Shown here: in pieces, positions 49,635 through 63,375 of the stretch
Layout of the letters: each line of letters begins with the position of its first letter
Position numbering within the stretch: position 1 is the stretch's first letter
Source of the DNA: Sphagnum compactum
Taxonomy: Eukaryota
Direction: 5' to 3'
Length of the DNA: 64,000 bases
Assembly: GCA_965153455.1 (NCBI GenBank)
Contig: OZ234494.1
Span: 10,168,001-10,232,000 of the forward strand
Made by a program: the position numbers and the translations under genes
The notes under the pieces: model-generated
Seen by the model: only the letters and a program-made list of their open reading frames with translations
Databases searched by the model: none
Told to the model about the DNA's origin: nothing

Positions 49635-52380
49635 CTTATTTAATAAAATTTCATGACTTTGCCAACAACAGTCAAGAGGGGATGAAGCATCAAATGAGGG
49701 GTGCAACTCAGGCCCAACTAGGCATGACTTTACGGATAACTTTAATGTTTCATTAGCTTTCTACTATTTGGACAAATTTATAAAACCTTGTCACCAATTA
49801 GTGCCAAATCTTTCTTGCAATACTTGCTAATGATGATACATCATTTTATAATTAAAAATGCTATGTTCAATTCATATCATTTAAATTAATAATAAATTAT
49901 TCATTTGAAAAAAATTCAATTGTATTTCAAAACCTAAATATTTTAATCAGATTGTTTGGACAATTGTAACATCAAGAATTTGGAAAGAACTTGAAACTTT
50001 GGCATTTGACAAGTTGCATTATTTCAAACATTGCACTGAAATCTCAGTGAAATCTCATTAGCTAATGTTGTTAGAGATTGTTTTGACCTCAGGAGAGCTA
50101 AATCATAATTAAGCATGTTTGAAAAATATTAGTTGTTGTCATCTTTCACAAAAATGTGAATGTGACTAACTTCTATTAGTTCAAAACCAGAAAGTAATGT
50201 TGAATGTTGTCTTGCTTCAATTCTAAACCATATTGAGATGAGTGAGATGGCCACTAATAGATTGAAGAGGTTGGAAAATTTTAGATTGGAAAACTATATG
50301 TCAATTCTTACAAGGTAGAATATCATATGGTCCAACCTTGTGTTATAATTTGAACCTTGTGTTATAGTTGGGGACGTTGGTAACACAAATCATTAAGAGG
50401 ATCTCCACCATAACACACCAAAGGCCCCTTCAATGGCAACCTATGTTTGTTGAAGAAGATGACACTATTGAGGCTCACACGGCATGCCGACCTAAAATCA
50501 GGACTTTGAGCTCCCCTATTGGACAACAAGGTGTTCTATGTTGTGGTCATCTAGAGTCCCGGTACTTGTGTAGATGAAGGAGCAATTGTAGATGAAGGAT
50601 GTAGTGAACCTAAACTTCACTCATTTAGTTAATGCAGGAAACTTGCTATTTATGCTGGGGAATGGGCCCTTCATGGCTGATTTTGGTGGGGTTTTACACA
50701 CCATGCATGCTCACCTGTTGCCTCATGAATTTAGTTTTGCATTGCCCAATTGGCCACCAAGGGCCTATTCTCTAGTATCGGAAATTGTTGAAGAATCAAG
50801 TTGAGTTGAAGGGTGATGTGTTCATAACTTTTGACTTTACTACTATTTCTCTTCCTTTGGAAACAACCCATGTGACAAAAACCAACTTTGACACAAGCAT
50901 GACATCAAAGGCACACATCATAGTATCAATGATAAATTTTTCCCATGCCTACTACATTTCAGCATAAGGTGCTTTAAGCTCCTAGTTCATATAAGATTCA
51001 TTATATCCACACTACCTAGGTCACACCTTTCGTAGTAACATATTGTCACACACATAAGAAATGTGTTTTTTTGGAGGTGGATTTTGCCATTGCTATGTCA
51101 AAAAAAACCAAATAAATTAAAATTGAAATGTTTGGTCAGAGGTGCTTAATTTTAAAAAAAGAAATTCCAAAACAAAAGAGGGAAATTTTGGTTTTTCAGG
51201 AAATTTTGTCACTTTTTGGATTGCCCTCAAAAGCTTATTTAGACACTTTTGTAAAACTTTTTGCCAATAAATGCTAAATCTAGCTTGGTATGTTTCCCAC
51301 CTACTCCTACATCAGAAAAAAGAAAAAAAAAGAAAAGAAAACAATGTACATAAGGCACAATGATACAACCAAATAAAAAATCAATAGGCAATTTCAACAC
51401 ATTGGAATTTGGATCCTTTTGAACTACGAAGTTAATTCCTAATATGTTCACACTTCAGACTAATTATGAGTTTTATAGAAACTAAAAATTCACAGCTGTT
51501 TTTCCAATTATTGTATTAAAAACCAGTAATTAAAGAATATCTTGCCCAGTCAATTGTATGCCCTAAGCCAATAACAACAATAACTACTAAAATGTAGATG
51601 GTAACCATGTGGTTTTGCTGACCATAAGAAATCATCACGCCCTCTTTACCTACCTTCCCCATGTCCTAATTTAATGGCCTAAATAAGTTTTTGTAGGCAT
51701 GTACTTAACGTTCATGTAAAATTTGAAACCTCATGCCCACCTATTCAGAAGGACTTGAAACACTAGGGGGTCACTTACATATCTACAAAAATGACATTAG
51801 TCTAAGATTATATGTTTAAAAAATTAATTTGGAAAGAAACAAGGTTTTTTTTTTGAGTTTTTTATTAATTAAAATTTTTAAAAAAAGAAGTTGAAAATGT
51901 TCTATATCTATAAATAATTTTAAATATTCATCAATTACCCCAAATTACCATAGTTACAAATAAACATGGATGGATACTACACATTCATCCCATTTATAAT
52001 TATGCAACAGCATAATAACTTCTGACCACAAGGGGTACCAAGAAAGTACAAAGACAACCCCCTTAAGACCGAGACCACAAGTCAATAGGTCAATTGTAAC
52101 ATGGATCAGAGGCTATTAGGAGGCAAAGATTGATAAGCAGAGTGTTTACCTATGAATAAACCTTCCACATGCAGCTACCTACTTAGTAGCCACCATATGA
52201 CTTACCTACCTATCCACTAAACACTTACATTATACATATGATCCAGCGGTGCTTAGTATATGATCTTGCACAGTAAAATTGCCTGAAGAAAAGTCAAAAT
52301 ATGTGGGTTTGACGTAGGAAAATGGTTTTGGCTCAGCAAAAGTGTACAGCTTGCGTGGCTTGTAAACGTAGTAGCAACAT

Positions 52381-52787
52381 TGTGCATAATGTGAGTGCAA
52401 TGCGTGTTTGGGCATCATTGATATTTTTTGAGAAAAGATGGTTCCAAATCGTGCATAGCATGAGTGCAATGCGTGTTTGGGTGTCATCAATCTCTTTTGA
52501 GAAAAGATGGATCCAAATCATGCATAACATTGTGCAATGTGTGTTTGGGCATTTATCCATCTTTTATGAGGAAAAAATGGATCCAAATCGTGCATAACAT
52601 GAGTCCAAAGAACAGTTGGGCATCATTCATGTTTTTCAAAAAAAAGATGAATTCAAATCATGCATATCATGAGTGCAAAGTGTGTCTAAGCATCATCCTG
52701 AACATGCAGAACATGAGTCAAAAGTGTGTTTGGGCACCATCCATGTTTTTGGAAAAGATGGATCCAAAACGTGCATAACATGAGTGG
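52381..52787. repeat. About 70-bp tandem minisatellite, about 6 units
   Basis: Unit gtgcataacatgagtgcaatgcgtgtttgggcatcat...gaaaagatggatccaaatc. Confidence 0.9.
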
Positions 52788-52853
52788 AACCCCATTAAGG
52801 GTCTTCCTGGAGTAGGCCCTCAAATCCAAGAAGACCTTGAATGAGGTTCTTTC

Positions 52854-54055
52854 CAGTGTCGAGCAGTTCTCACTTTTTTTTGAGAACTGCCGGTTCCGGT
52901 TCTTTCTGCCTCTATGTGAGAATGGGGTCAATTTTTTGATTTTTAAAAAAAATTAGCGTTGAAGAGAACCTACCCAATTTTTAATATTCTAAAATATATA
53001 TTATAATCCAGTTCTCAAGGTACTCAGTTGTCACTCATTTGAGAACAGTCAATTTTCAAAATCAGTTCTCAATAATTTGGTTCTCAAGTTTTTTTTAAAT
53101 CATAAAAGAAAAACAATGAAAACAAAAAACTGGATTATTAAACAATTAAAACTGAGCAAATAAGGGGTTTGATGCCTTGTTTTGTTAGTGGTCCAGTTTT
53201 CAAAAGAAGCAGTTGATTCAAGTCCGATTTTCTCAAATTTCTGAACCTCCGGTTCAGATATTTCAAAACCTAACCTAGAACCTGAACATAACCTGCAATT
53301 AACCTGGACCTGTCAACACTGGTTTTTTCCACCATTGAGCGGTTCTCAAATGCTCACCCAATTCTCAACCCAGCCCGGTTCTCACAATGAGAACTGATTG
53401 ACACTTTTAAATGTGAGAACCGGACTGAAAATCGACCTCAGGTTCTCACATGACCCAGAACCGATTATGAAAACCGGTTTAAATGTATACACATATATAT
53501 ATTTTTGAGAACGGACAGGTTCTTTGATAGAACTCAGATCCGGTTCTCAGAGTTCTCTGTATCATTTATTGGTTCCTCTTGTTCTTCTTCTCACTTAGGA
53601 CTGCTACTCTTGTCCTGTTGCTTTTTTTCTCATACTGCTATTACTTTTCTCCCATTATTACTCTTCTCTCTTATTGTTATTACTCCTCTTTATTACTATC
53701 ACTTCTTTCCCATTGCTCTTATTCTTTTCCTGTTGTTGTTACTTTTCTCACATAGTGTTGCTCTTTTCCTGTGAAGAAGTCATTTAATTAATAATTATTA
53801 AAACTGATTTTAATTAAGGAAAATTTTAATAATCAGGTTGTGAAAGCCAGATGTGAAAACAGATTGTTGTTGTATATATGAGAATCGACTTATTTGAGAA
53901 CTGGGTGAGTTTTTAAAAAATAAAAATTTGATAACCTCACCGGTTCTCGTCAGCCCAATATATATATATATTAGAGAACCGATCAGGTTCTCATAACATC
54001 ATGAGAGAACCGGAACCGGCTGGTTCTCACAAAAAGTGAGAACCGCCCAACACTG
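52854..54055. mobile_element. Non-autonomous hAT-like element
   Basis: TIRs CAGTGTCGAGCAGTTCTCACTTTTT and AAAAAGTGAGAACCGCCCAACACTG; many internal GAGAACC motifs; imperfect 8-bp flanks GTTCTTTC and GTTTTTCC. Confidence 0.75.
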
Positions 54056-54120
54056 GTTTTTCCCCAACATAATGAACATTTTCAAATCTAAAGGATGTTA
54101 CAAAAGTATAAGGTACCTTA

Positions 54121-54433
54121 CACAGGTACCTTACAACGCGATTTGTGATGGAGTCGCAGCGCAAGCGGCGGCAGCAACAGGTCTGACTGCCTCCATACTA
54201 CCTGTACGTTGCACCAACTCTCCTGTGAAAGCTTGAGATCCAACATGAGCAGCAGCAGAGTTGCAAGGAGAACATGAAGCAATGCACCGGCACATCAGGG
54301 TTTTCACAGCAGCAACGGCGCACCAAACCCTAATCTGCAGAGACGAAAGCGGGTATCGTACATTCTTGGGGGTGGGGGGGGGGGGGGGGGGGACCGAAAA
54401 CTTCTAGCCTTACAAATCTGTAAGGTACCTGTG
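54121..54433. mobile_element. TIR-bounded element carrying an inverted copy of the adjacent aspartate kinase 5' region
   Basis: Perfect TIRs CACAGGTACCTTACA (54121-54135) and TGTAAGGTACCTGTG (54419-54433) with TA on both sides; interior 54135-54409 is the reverse complement of about 54536-54803. Confidence 0.85.
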
Positions 54434-54646
54434 TAAGTATTTAAACACAGGATCTAATTGGACGGTCACGATGTAGTCTCTTTTTGCAGAGCATACGTTG
54501 ACCATGTTTGTTGCATGGAGATGGACGGTGGCGATTGGCGAGAAGTTTTCGTACCCCCCGGCCAGAAAGTACAATACCCGCTATCGTCTCCGCATATTAG
54601 GGTTTGGTGCAAACCCTAATGTGCCGTTACTGCTGTGAAAACCCTG

Positions 54647-57600
54647 ATGTGCCGTTGCATTACTTCATGTTCTCCTTGCAGCTCTGCTGCTGCTCTTGTT
54701 GGATCTCAAGCTTGCACAGGAGAGTTGGTGCAACGTACAGGTAGTATGGAGGCGGTCAGACCTGCTGCTGCCGCTTGCGCTGCGACTCCATCGCAAATCG
54801 CGTTCTACTTTTCGACTTCACGCCGTTGCACTAAGCTGCAATTCGCTGGCGGAGCTGACTTCTCTCCTTCGACTAGGGTTAAAGCTTCGTCCTTGGAATG
54901 GTCTGCTTCTTTTTCCTCTGGTAATGGAACGAGCTGGATTGAGAAATTCGGTTTTTGCAACTGCAAAAATGGGCCGAGACGACGACTTCTTCATCACGAG
55001 GCGCGGTGGGTGTGTTGTGATAACAACGGTGGTTTGGTGGGACTAGAGGAAAGAGTACTGGAAGGAGGTGGTGGTGCTGCGGCGGCAGGTGGGAAGAAGA
55101 GATCGCAGCAGCAGCAGCTTTACACTGTTGTCATGAAGTTTGGCGGATCCTCGGTGGCCTCAGCTGACAGAATGCGAGAAGTGGCAGACCTGATTCTCAG
55201 TTTCCGTGACGAGATTCCGATCATTGTGATGTCTGCTATGGGCAAGACCACGAATAATCTTCTCAAGGTGCCGTTTTCTCTCACATTTTGCCGCAGTTGT
55301 TTGTTGCAAAAAAAAGGTTTCGTGGGGGCGGATCCTTTTGCACAAGCAAAACCCCCTGGGTTTTGTGTCTTAGTGTGAAAGCAAGGTGATTCAATGGCGA
55401 GCAGATGTTGTTGTAGCATGTTGCAATGTTTGCAGCACTGATGTTTTGTCCACCTTTGGAACCAGGCAGGGGAGACAGCCATTTCTTGTGAAGTGGCAGA
55501 GTGCTGCTCTATTGTGGAGTTCAATCTTATAAAGGATCTCCATCTGCGGTACTGATTACTTTCCCATCCAGGTTGCAAAATGTTGTAACCATCTGCGTTC
55601 TCTTTATGATGTTATAGACAATTGTGAAGAGGTTTAGATTGCAAGTTCCAAGAGCTAATTGGTCTTGAGGAAGCATGACTGCTCTAAGACTTGTACACAT
55701 AAGCTGTTAATGGAATTCCTTCCGGAATATGTTGACAAGCATCATGACCATGTTGCACTGTGCACAAGAGTTGAGGGGATGCGATGCTGGGTATTGCAGA
55801 ACTGCTGATCAGCTGGGGATAGATCGCTCTATTATTGCAGGTATCCTGTGTACCTCATGCATGCCTTGTTTTCAAACCAGATTTTAAGATCGAAGTCTTG
55901 AGTTTTTTCTGAAACTAGGAGCCTGGTGCTGCCTTTGACATTTCCAATCATGCATGGCAGGACTTGTGCTGTATACTCTCTTTGCCGTTACTACATGCTG
56001 GCTCCATATGGCCTCCCCTTGCTTGATTCATGGATTGGGAGATGATATCATATGAGACTGTACCTGAAACACCCTGGGCACTAGTACAGAGTTGTCTACT
56101 TGTTTGGTCTAGAGTGTAGGGTATGTCTGTCAAATAGTAGAGATTCTGTGTTTTTTTATTCCATGGAGCAGATGTTGGATTCGACAGAATACAAGTGACA
56201 GCTTTTGCTAGGGGATGGTGGAACCGGGTTCTTGCAAACCATAATTGTTGAATGTCATGACTGAAATGCGTTGCTTTGTTTTGGAGCAGGACTTTTAGAA
56301 GAGCTGGAGAGTTTGCTGACCAGAATTGGTTCAGACGGAGAGCTGTCAGACTGCACTAAGGATGAGTTGGTTTCCTTTGGAGAACGACTCTCGACACGCA
56401 TTTTTGCCGCCTACCTGAACAAAATTGGAAGACATTCTCAGCAGGTCTGTCTGACACAATTTATGGCTGGTTTTATCTAGTGTTATGTGCATTTTTGCTA
56501 GGATGATTTTTGAAGGTCCAGCTTCAGTCCATGGAATTGAGTATATGAAGATAGCTGTTGTGCCTTCCCCTGTGATTATATAAATACTCATTTGCAAATG
56601 GTCCAAATAAATTATAGGTCTTCCTTGTGGTGATTTGGCGTGCAGTATGATGCTTTTGATTTAGGAGTCATCACAACTGATGAGTTCACAAATGCTGAAA
56701 TTGTGGAAACAACATATCCCACAGTTTTGAGACGGCTTCAAGAGGAGTCAGAGAGGTGCAAGACGTTTGCAAGGGGTCCAACAATACCAGTTGTGACTGG
56801 ATTCCTTGGCAAGGTAGGGGACATCATGAAACCTGCTACCTGTCCTTTTCACCATGCTAAAGAAGTTTGACTATGTCTGCAAGCTTATATGTTCTCCCAC
56901 TGTGAATTTGTGCTGACCTTTGCATAACATAGGTTGTATAGGATAATCAAATCTCTATCCAGCACAAATCCTGGTTGATTTAACAGAGCTTGTTGCAGCT
57001 GGAATGAAGATTCTATTGGCTTTTTTGATTTGCTACTCTTCTTGAGTGCTAGCTGTCATCATGACTGAGTCTTCATGTTGCCTTTTGAAATCTGGCAGAA
57101 GCTCAGAGTGCAGATTTTTATTGTACTGATAGCATTAAGTTTGAGCAGATGATTATACACTTATGTACATGTGCTGTTGTGAAGTGATGAAGTCAGTTTG
57201 GACCTAGTGGTAGCTAGTGACTGCCATTTGTCATGATGGTGATGGTCTGAAGTTTGTGATTGACACTCACAAGGTTACGACTATGCTTTTTCATGTTATA
57301 TTTCTTCTGGTGTTTTTTGGGATTGTAACACAATGGTTGCCTTGTTTTTGTCTTGGTCTTTTCCTGTTTCCTCACCTTGGTAACCTGATGGCCCCTCTCC
57401 AGTTCTTGTCCAGTTTTCTTTCTACTTTATCTAGTAAGAAGTTTTGTAGATGATCTGGTTTTTCCCAATTTCTGTGGCATGTACCTTGCAAGTGGGTGTG
57501 AAACCTGATATATTTGGTAACTCTAATAAATGACAAGAGGAGCCATTAGAAATACACTTGCACACCCACTTGCAGGGAGCTGATGAAGTCTGTAGGGATG

Positions 57601-60600
57601 TTATGGTAGCTGGTCACTGCCATATGCTTGCCATTGAAGTTCTTTCGACATGCATGTGACTGCTGCTGTTTGTTCAGATTGCACCTCGGTTTTGTTTTTG
57701 TTTCTTTTTTCTGTTCTATAGGGTTTGGTTTCTTCTTTTTCTTGTTCACTGAAATCTGTACAGCCTTGTTTATCAGATCATCTCTCAATTCTGTTTATGT
57801 TGACTTGAATCGTTAGTATGAAGAAGTTCTCAGGAGTTATGAAGATGGATGTGTTTCTGTTGACTTTTCAATCTGATTGAGCTTGAATAACACAGATGAG
57901 CCATCCTCTGTGCACAGGGCATGTCCACAGGACTGGTGACAACTCTTGGTAGAGGGGGAAGTGACTTAACAGCCACAGCCATTGGGAAAGCACTTGGACT
58001 CCGAGAAATTCAGGTGGCTTAGCTCCCTGCACCCAATTGCTTTACTTTGCTTTTTTGATTTATCTTCATGAAGGTCCTAAGTCCTCTCATTGGTTTTGTG
58101 AAGGAATTATGGCTCTTCTCTGCAAAAGGACTCTCTTTTTCACCATGCTCATAGTACCACATTTGTAGTCTCACCATACTTTGCTATCATTGCTTTCCCA
58201 GTTCTTTCATTGTGTAATGCTAAAGAGGTCTGTGGCTAGGAAAGTCCTGTTTAGTACTTTATGATCTGACTACAGAATGGTCCTTAAAGAATGTTGGTAC
58301 TAATATGTGAGGTTTGTTCACATTGTTTAGAGAATGTGAGTGCTCATCACTCAGATGTGCTTTCTCACATGGTGATATGTCTACTGTCAAGTATATGGAG
58401 TACCAAAGCAGAAGATTAAGTATTCCGTGTCTTTGTCAACCACCTGTTGAAGATTCCCCATACAGGAAGGCTTGCATGCAATCTTTGTATGAGTGTGAAT
58501 CTGAAGCTTTGTGTATCCTAATGCCTTCAATGAGGATATTCAAAATTGCAGCTCATTGAGGATGATTGCTGTTTGAGTTCCCATCTGGCAAATCTTGATT
58601 GTCTTTGATGAGAAGACTGATGTTGAGGCTCACTCTGGGCAGGTGTGGAAAGATGTTGATGGGGTTTTGACATGCAACCCCAGTATTTATGGCAAAGCTT
58701 TACCTGTTCCATTTTTGACCTTTGAGGAAGCATCAGAGTTGGCTTACTTCGGTGCCCAGGTACTTTTTCCACAGACCATTGTTACTTAAGTTGATTAAAT
58801 CAGCAGGCAGGCAGGCAGATGATAGAGACACTTGATGTTCCATATGCAGATGTCATGCAGAGTAACAGGGGCTCTTAAAAGATGTGGTTTACAGGAGGCA
58901 ACTGGTACTCACACAGGGTGGGATGTATTTTAATTCAAGAGTCTGGAACAGATTGAAGTCAAGCTATTTGTAGGAGCTGGTGATTATGATGATGTGTGCC
59001 TAGTATGGAGCTCTGACCAAGGTTTGATACTGGCAGGTGTTGCACCCTGAATCAATGAGACCAGCAGAAGCTGCAAATATCCCTGTACGTGTTAAAAATT
59101 CATACAATCCACAATCACCGGGCACCCTCATTACGAGAAACCGAGATATGAGTCAGGTCTGGTTTTCTGGACTAATTTGATATGGTTGTGGCTATGATTA
59201 TATGGTTCTGTAGATTCTGGATGCAAAATCCATGAGATGAACAAATTGATTGTGCCTTGTCTGAGAATTCTCAAACCACACCATGATGTTGTAGTTCCTC
59301 AAGGGCATTTGGACTGTTCTCTATGTTGGTGAGCCTGTTTCCCAGCTAAGTGTGGATGTAAACTTAGAGATTTTGGGGAGCTCAAGTAAGGGTGCTCTCA
59401 TAGAAAGTTCAATCCTTCATTTAACCTGTGACATTGTCATGATTTCAGTCAAACATAACAAGCATTGTGCTGAAACAAAATGTGACAATGGTGGACATTC
59501 AGAGCACCCGCATGTTAGGCCGAGTTGGCTTCTTGGCAAAGGTCAGCTTTGCACTTACCATGTGAACTATTTTTGGTGGGATCTGGTTTCACAGCTGATA
59601 TTGATTCTGAATTATTGGCAGATCTCATTCTGACTGTGATTTCTGTTATTTATCAGAGACTGAAAAGCTTTGTGAGTGTCATACAAGGGTGACTGACATG
59701 CTTGTCTTCCAGGTTTTCACCACATTTGAGAAATTGGGCATTTCAGTTGATGTCCTTGCCACAAGTGAGGTTAGCATCTCGCTGACACTGGACCCTTCCA
59801 AGCTATGGAGTCGAGAACTTATCCAGCAGGTACAGCTTTCACCTGCTGACCTCTTGTGACTGAAATAATTCTTTGTATCTGTTTTGATGGAATTTGCATT
59901 GTTGCTAAAGCTTCATGAACATGGCCCAGCAAGCATGGACAGTAGTTTTCTTGGAGTGATTTTCACCTGCAGCTTTGTGGTTTTTACATTTCTGAATGAG
60001 GCAATCATTATGTTTAGATCAGGATGCAGGATCAGTTTTGAGAGGATAATTCTATACAATTCCCATACAGAAAATTGGGGAGAAGATAATATTCCTTTAG
60101 TATGATTACTGAATTTCCAGACTGTGGAAACAGACTAGCTTTTGTGGTTAAGATGAGATGCTTGTCCCCTTGGACAGGTCTGCGGTTTTTATTCTTTGAG
60201 GATGATGTGTTCCATTTGCCTTACTGAACAAGTCTTTGAGATCTGATGGATAGCTGACAAGGGCCAGAAGGGACTGGAGGTGGAAAACAGGAATTGGACA
60301 AAATGAAGACAGAGCTGCAGAGTATTGGTGCAGTAGTGAATTTAGTGAAGAGGCGTTCCATCATTTCCCTTATTTGCAATGTCAAACGCTCCTCTCTCAT
60401 CTTGGAGAAGGTAAAACAATATGTTCTATATTCCTATTGATTTGTGGTCATGGGAACTTGAAGTGATGTTGCTGGCTTGCAAATGCAAATAGGATGAAGA
60501 GTGGTGCCTTATCTGCTGGGGTTGATGGCCTGATCCATCTTAAAACCTTCTTTGTGCTGGATCTGATCAAACAGGTTTTTGAGGTGTTCAACAAGAATAA

Positions 60601-61182
60601 TGTCAATGTTCAAATGATCTCTCAGGGTGCCTCCAAGGTGTGTGTCACATTCATTAAATCTGCTACACTGTTAAGTTGCAAATAATGGTTACAGACTGAA
60701 TGATGTCTTGCTTGATGTTGGTAAATTTTTTGCTCGTCTATGTACAGTTGACATTGAGCTTCTCATTGCTATGAGCTTCTTCTGTGACCCAGTTTGAGCA
60801 AAAGAACAATGTCTACAATTTGGCAGCTTTGCTTCCTAGTTATGTGTAGTTAGTGTCTGTAAAACTTGTGTATTTCATCTGCATGGCAATAAAGTCAACA
60901 AGCAGGGTAGGGTTTAACCTTGAAGGATGGACAGTATGTGTCAACCTACATCTGTAGATTTGTATACAAATTTATCTGTTTAGTTGTCCCAGAATGTATG
61001 TTTCTGCATGTACTGTAGTTTTGAATGATGGTATGTGTTGTATTTGGGGGAAACAGGTGAACATCTCAATGGTAGTGGATGATGCAGAGGCAGAGTCTCT
61101 TGTGATTCAGTTGCACAAAGTCTTCTTTCCAGAATTGGAGTCAGATGGAAATAAAGTGATTGTGAAAGGTATCTTGCAGTGA
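54647..61182 (+). CDS. AK: Monofunctional (lysine-sensitive type) aspartate kinase, plastid-targeted, 13 exons
   Basis: Exons 54647 (or 54746)-55267, 55466-55548, 55800-55840, 56290-56444, 56646-56813, 57918-58013, 58643-58759, 59037-59156, 59449-59541, 59713-59829, 60291-60410, 60575-60637, 61057-61182. Motifs: VMKFGGSSV, SAMGKTT, LVSFGE, TTLGRGGSD, WKDVDGV, ELAYFGAQVLHP, ATSEVSISLTLDPSKLWSREL, MISQGASKVNIS. Confidence 0.96.
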
Positions 61183-63152
61183 AACCTCCAATAAATATGA
61201 CTGCTTGTGGCCGCTTTTTGTTGCTTGATCAAATAAGCTTCAGATCTGTTTCATATGGTTCAAGGCTGCTTGTTTTACTTTGATCATGAATTGAACAGGG
61301 TCTGTTTCCCATGGAACTTTCGCCAGATGAAGAGAGTTGCTAGGGCTGTATTTGCACACAAAGTCAGCAGCTTATGTTCGATTTTTAAATTTGCAGGCCG
61401 TGCTTGTCAACCACTTTAGCATCGGGCATTGGCCATCAAGCAATGGAGAGTACCCACCCAGCAGCAGGCCCGAGCAACGATCAGCATGTTGTCAAGTCCA
61501 TGGGTGTAGATTGATGGAGGTGTACTTATCAAATTAGAGATTCTTCAAATTTTTTTCATGAACAGATGATTGTTTAGAAGTCAAAATGGAATGACTTTTA
61601 GGAAATTTTGCTACTATTGAAGGTGTGCCCCTGAGAGACTTGACAGGAGGATGTTTTGGTTATTATCTGGATGCAAAACAATTTCAGCACTATTCTTGGT
61701 TTTAGAGCAGCAGCCATTCTTTGTTTCAGAGAGGCATATTTGTCGAATCTTTCAAGTTTTTTTTTGCCCGCAAGGGGATAGAATCCAGCCACTAGGGGGG
61801 AAGAGATATAGTATAGACCTGTTATGACCAAATTGCAGAAACAGTGATGCGGCTAGCTGGGGTGAACATTCATCCATGTGGAAGAATTTGGATGGAGATA
61901 TTCATGCAAGATATTTGAAACTTGCATGTCTTAGTGTTTGCTTCTTTGTTGCCTACACATGCAGATCTGAAATCCTGACAACCTTATTTATTGGTGATCA
62001 CTGAATTCTATGTAGTTTTTCTTAATTTGTAAATTTGAATAAGTTCTCAGTATTGAGTTTCTATCTCAGTATTGGAAGCAACTGAATGACTGAGTCACAT
62101 TCAAACTGTTCATATGATTCTGGCAAAAATTTTGGGTTTAGGGTGGCCAGGTTTCATCAAGGAGTAGAGATGATTCAACTTGTGGTCTTGGTCCATTGCT
62201 GACATGGGTGAAATCTACATTTATATCACCAAAAGTATTGAGGACTCCTCTAGACTCACAATGCAAGTCAACCTGAAGATCATACATGATGAAAGGGTTA
62301 TGAGCTTTCAGATCTGACAACAGATCACCAATCAGGAATATTAAATCAAGCTGAAGAGTTGTTATGCAATTATTAACACAGGTTATAAGATTTCAGATCT
62401 TACAACATATCAGCAATCATGAAAAAGAAGAGACCAGATGCTTTGAAAAGCTCTCTATCCATGAGATTTTTGCATTTAATCTAGAATGCTGTTTTGGCTT
62501 CTACCACAAAAGGTAGGAGAGAAAAGTAACCAGTACCTGATGTTGTGGGATCACCATCCTTAATTGTTCTTTAAGAAAAGATCATGGGTCCCCCTTATCT
62601 TGCAGCACAATACTGGATGGTGATCCTACATTGTGGCCAAATGCTGTCAATGTTGAATAACTTGCAGAAAGAGAAGCCTGAAGTGTAGCACAGCATCTTG
62701 ATTCCCCACTATAAGGTGACTTCCAATTGGCAGATCACCAGTACTGGTTCTTGAAGCATCAACAAAGGTGGGCATTAAGCAGAAGCAGTGTGTGCAAACT
62801 AGGCAATACATAGAAGTCACCATCTGGGCACCCTGAGGTATTATGAGTCTTTGAAAGAACATGTACTTGCTTGTTTCAAATGAAAAGAGAGATGGTAAAG
62901 GGAGATGCAAAAGGTATTGACACTTCCGGCCACTCATCAGCCTCTTAGTTTTCCACAGCAACCTCCAGTACTGACTTATTGCACACATGAATCCAATGCA
63001 AAATTCGCCCCTCTCAATTTGCACATGACCACCTCCTCAAGGAAAAAGAACTAGAATCACTCATTCAACCTTCCCACACGCCCAAAGGTGAGAATCCTCC
63101 CAGGAAAGGGAAAAAAACGCATTGAAGAGACACTGAACCACAAGAATTTTAC

Positions 63153-63317
63153 AGGATTGTGGGCACATTGCAGGAGGTAAGGACTATGCTCCTGTGCAAG
63201 CCGCTTTGTGTACTTGTATGATGACTCCATATCTTCTACACCCTTCTGCACTTCTCGACTCTTCACTGTAAATGCCAATTTCGGATCTCTCCTTGCCAGT
63301 ATACCTCCCATCCACAA
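63153..63317 (-). pseudogene. SPATA20: SPATA20/YyaL-like thioredoxin-domain protein, first-exon remnant
   Basis: MESSYKYTKRLAQEHSPYLLQCAHNP followed by a GT donor resembles the conserved N-terminal TNRLxxEHSPYLLQHAHNP, with N>K and H>C changes; the expected VDWYPW exon is not found before the AK gene. Confidence 0.7.
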
Positions 63318-63375
63318 GGAGCAAACTTGGGGTTTTCTGGATCATCAGCAAGATTACCACCACTACAAATAGCAA

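Noticed and set aside
49660-51100. Transposase or gene remnant
   Set aside because: No frame or motif I can support
62540-63050. Second exon of SPATA20
   Set aside because: No VDWYPW or CHWC motif in any minus-strand frame
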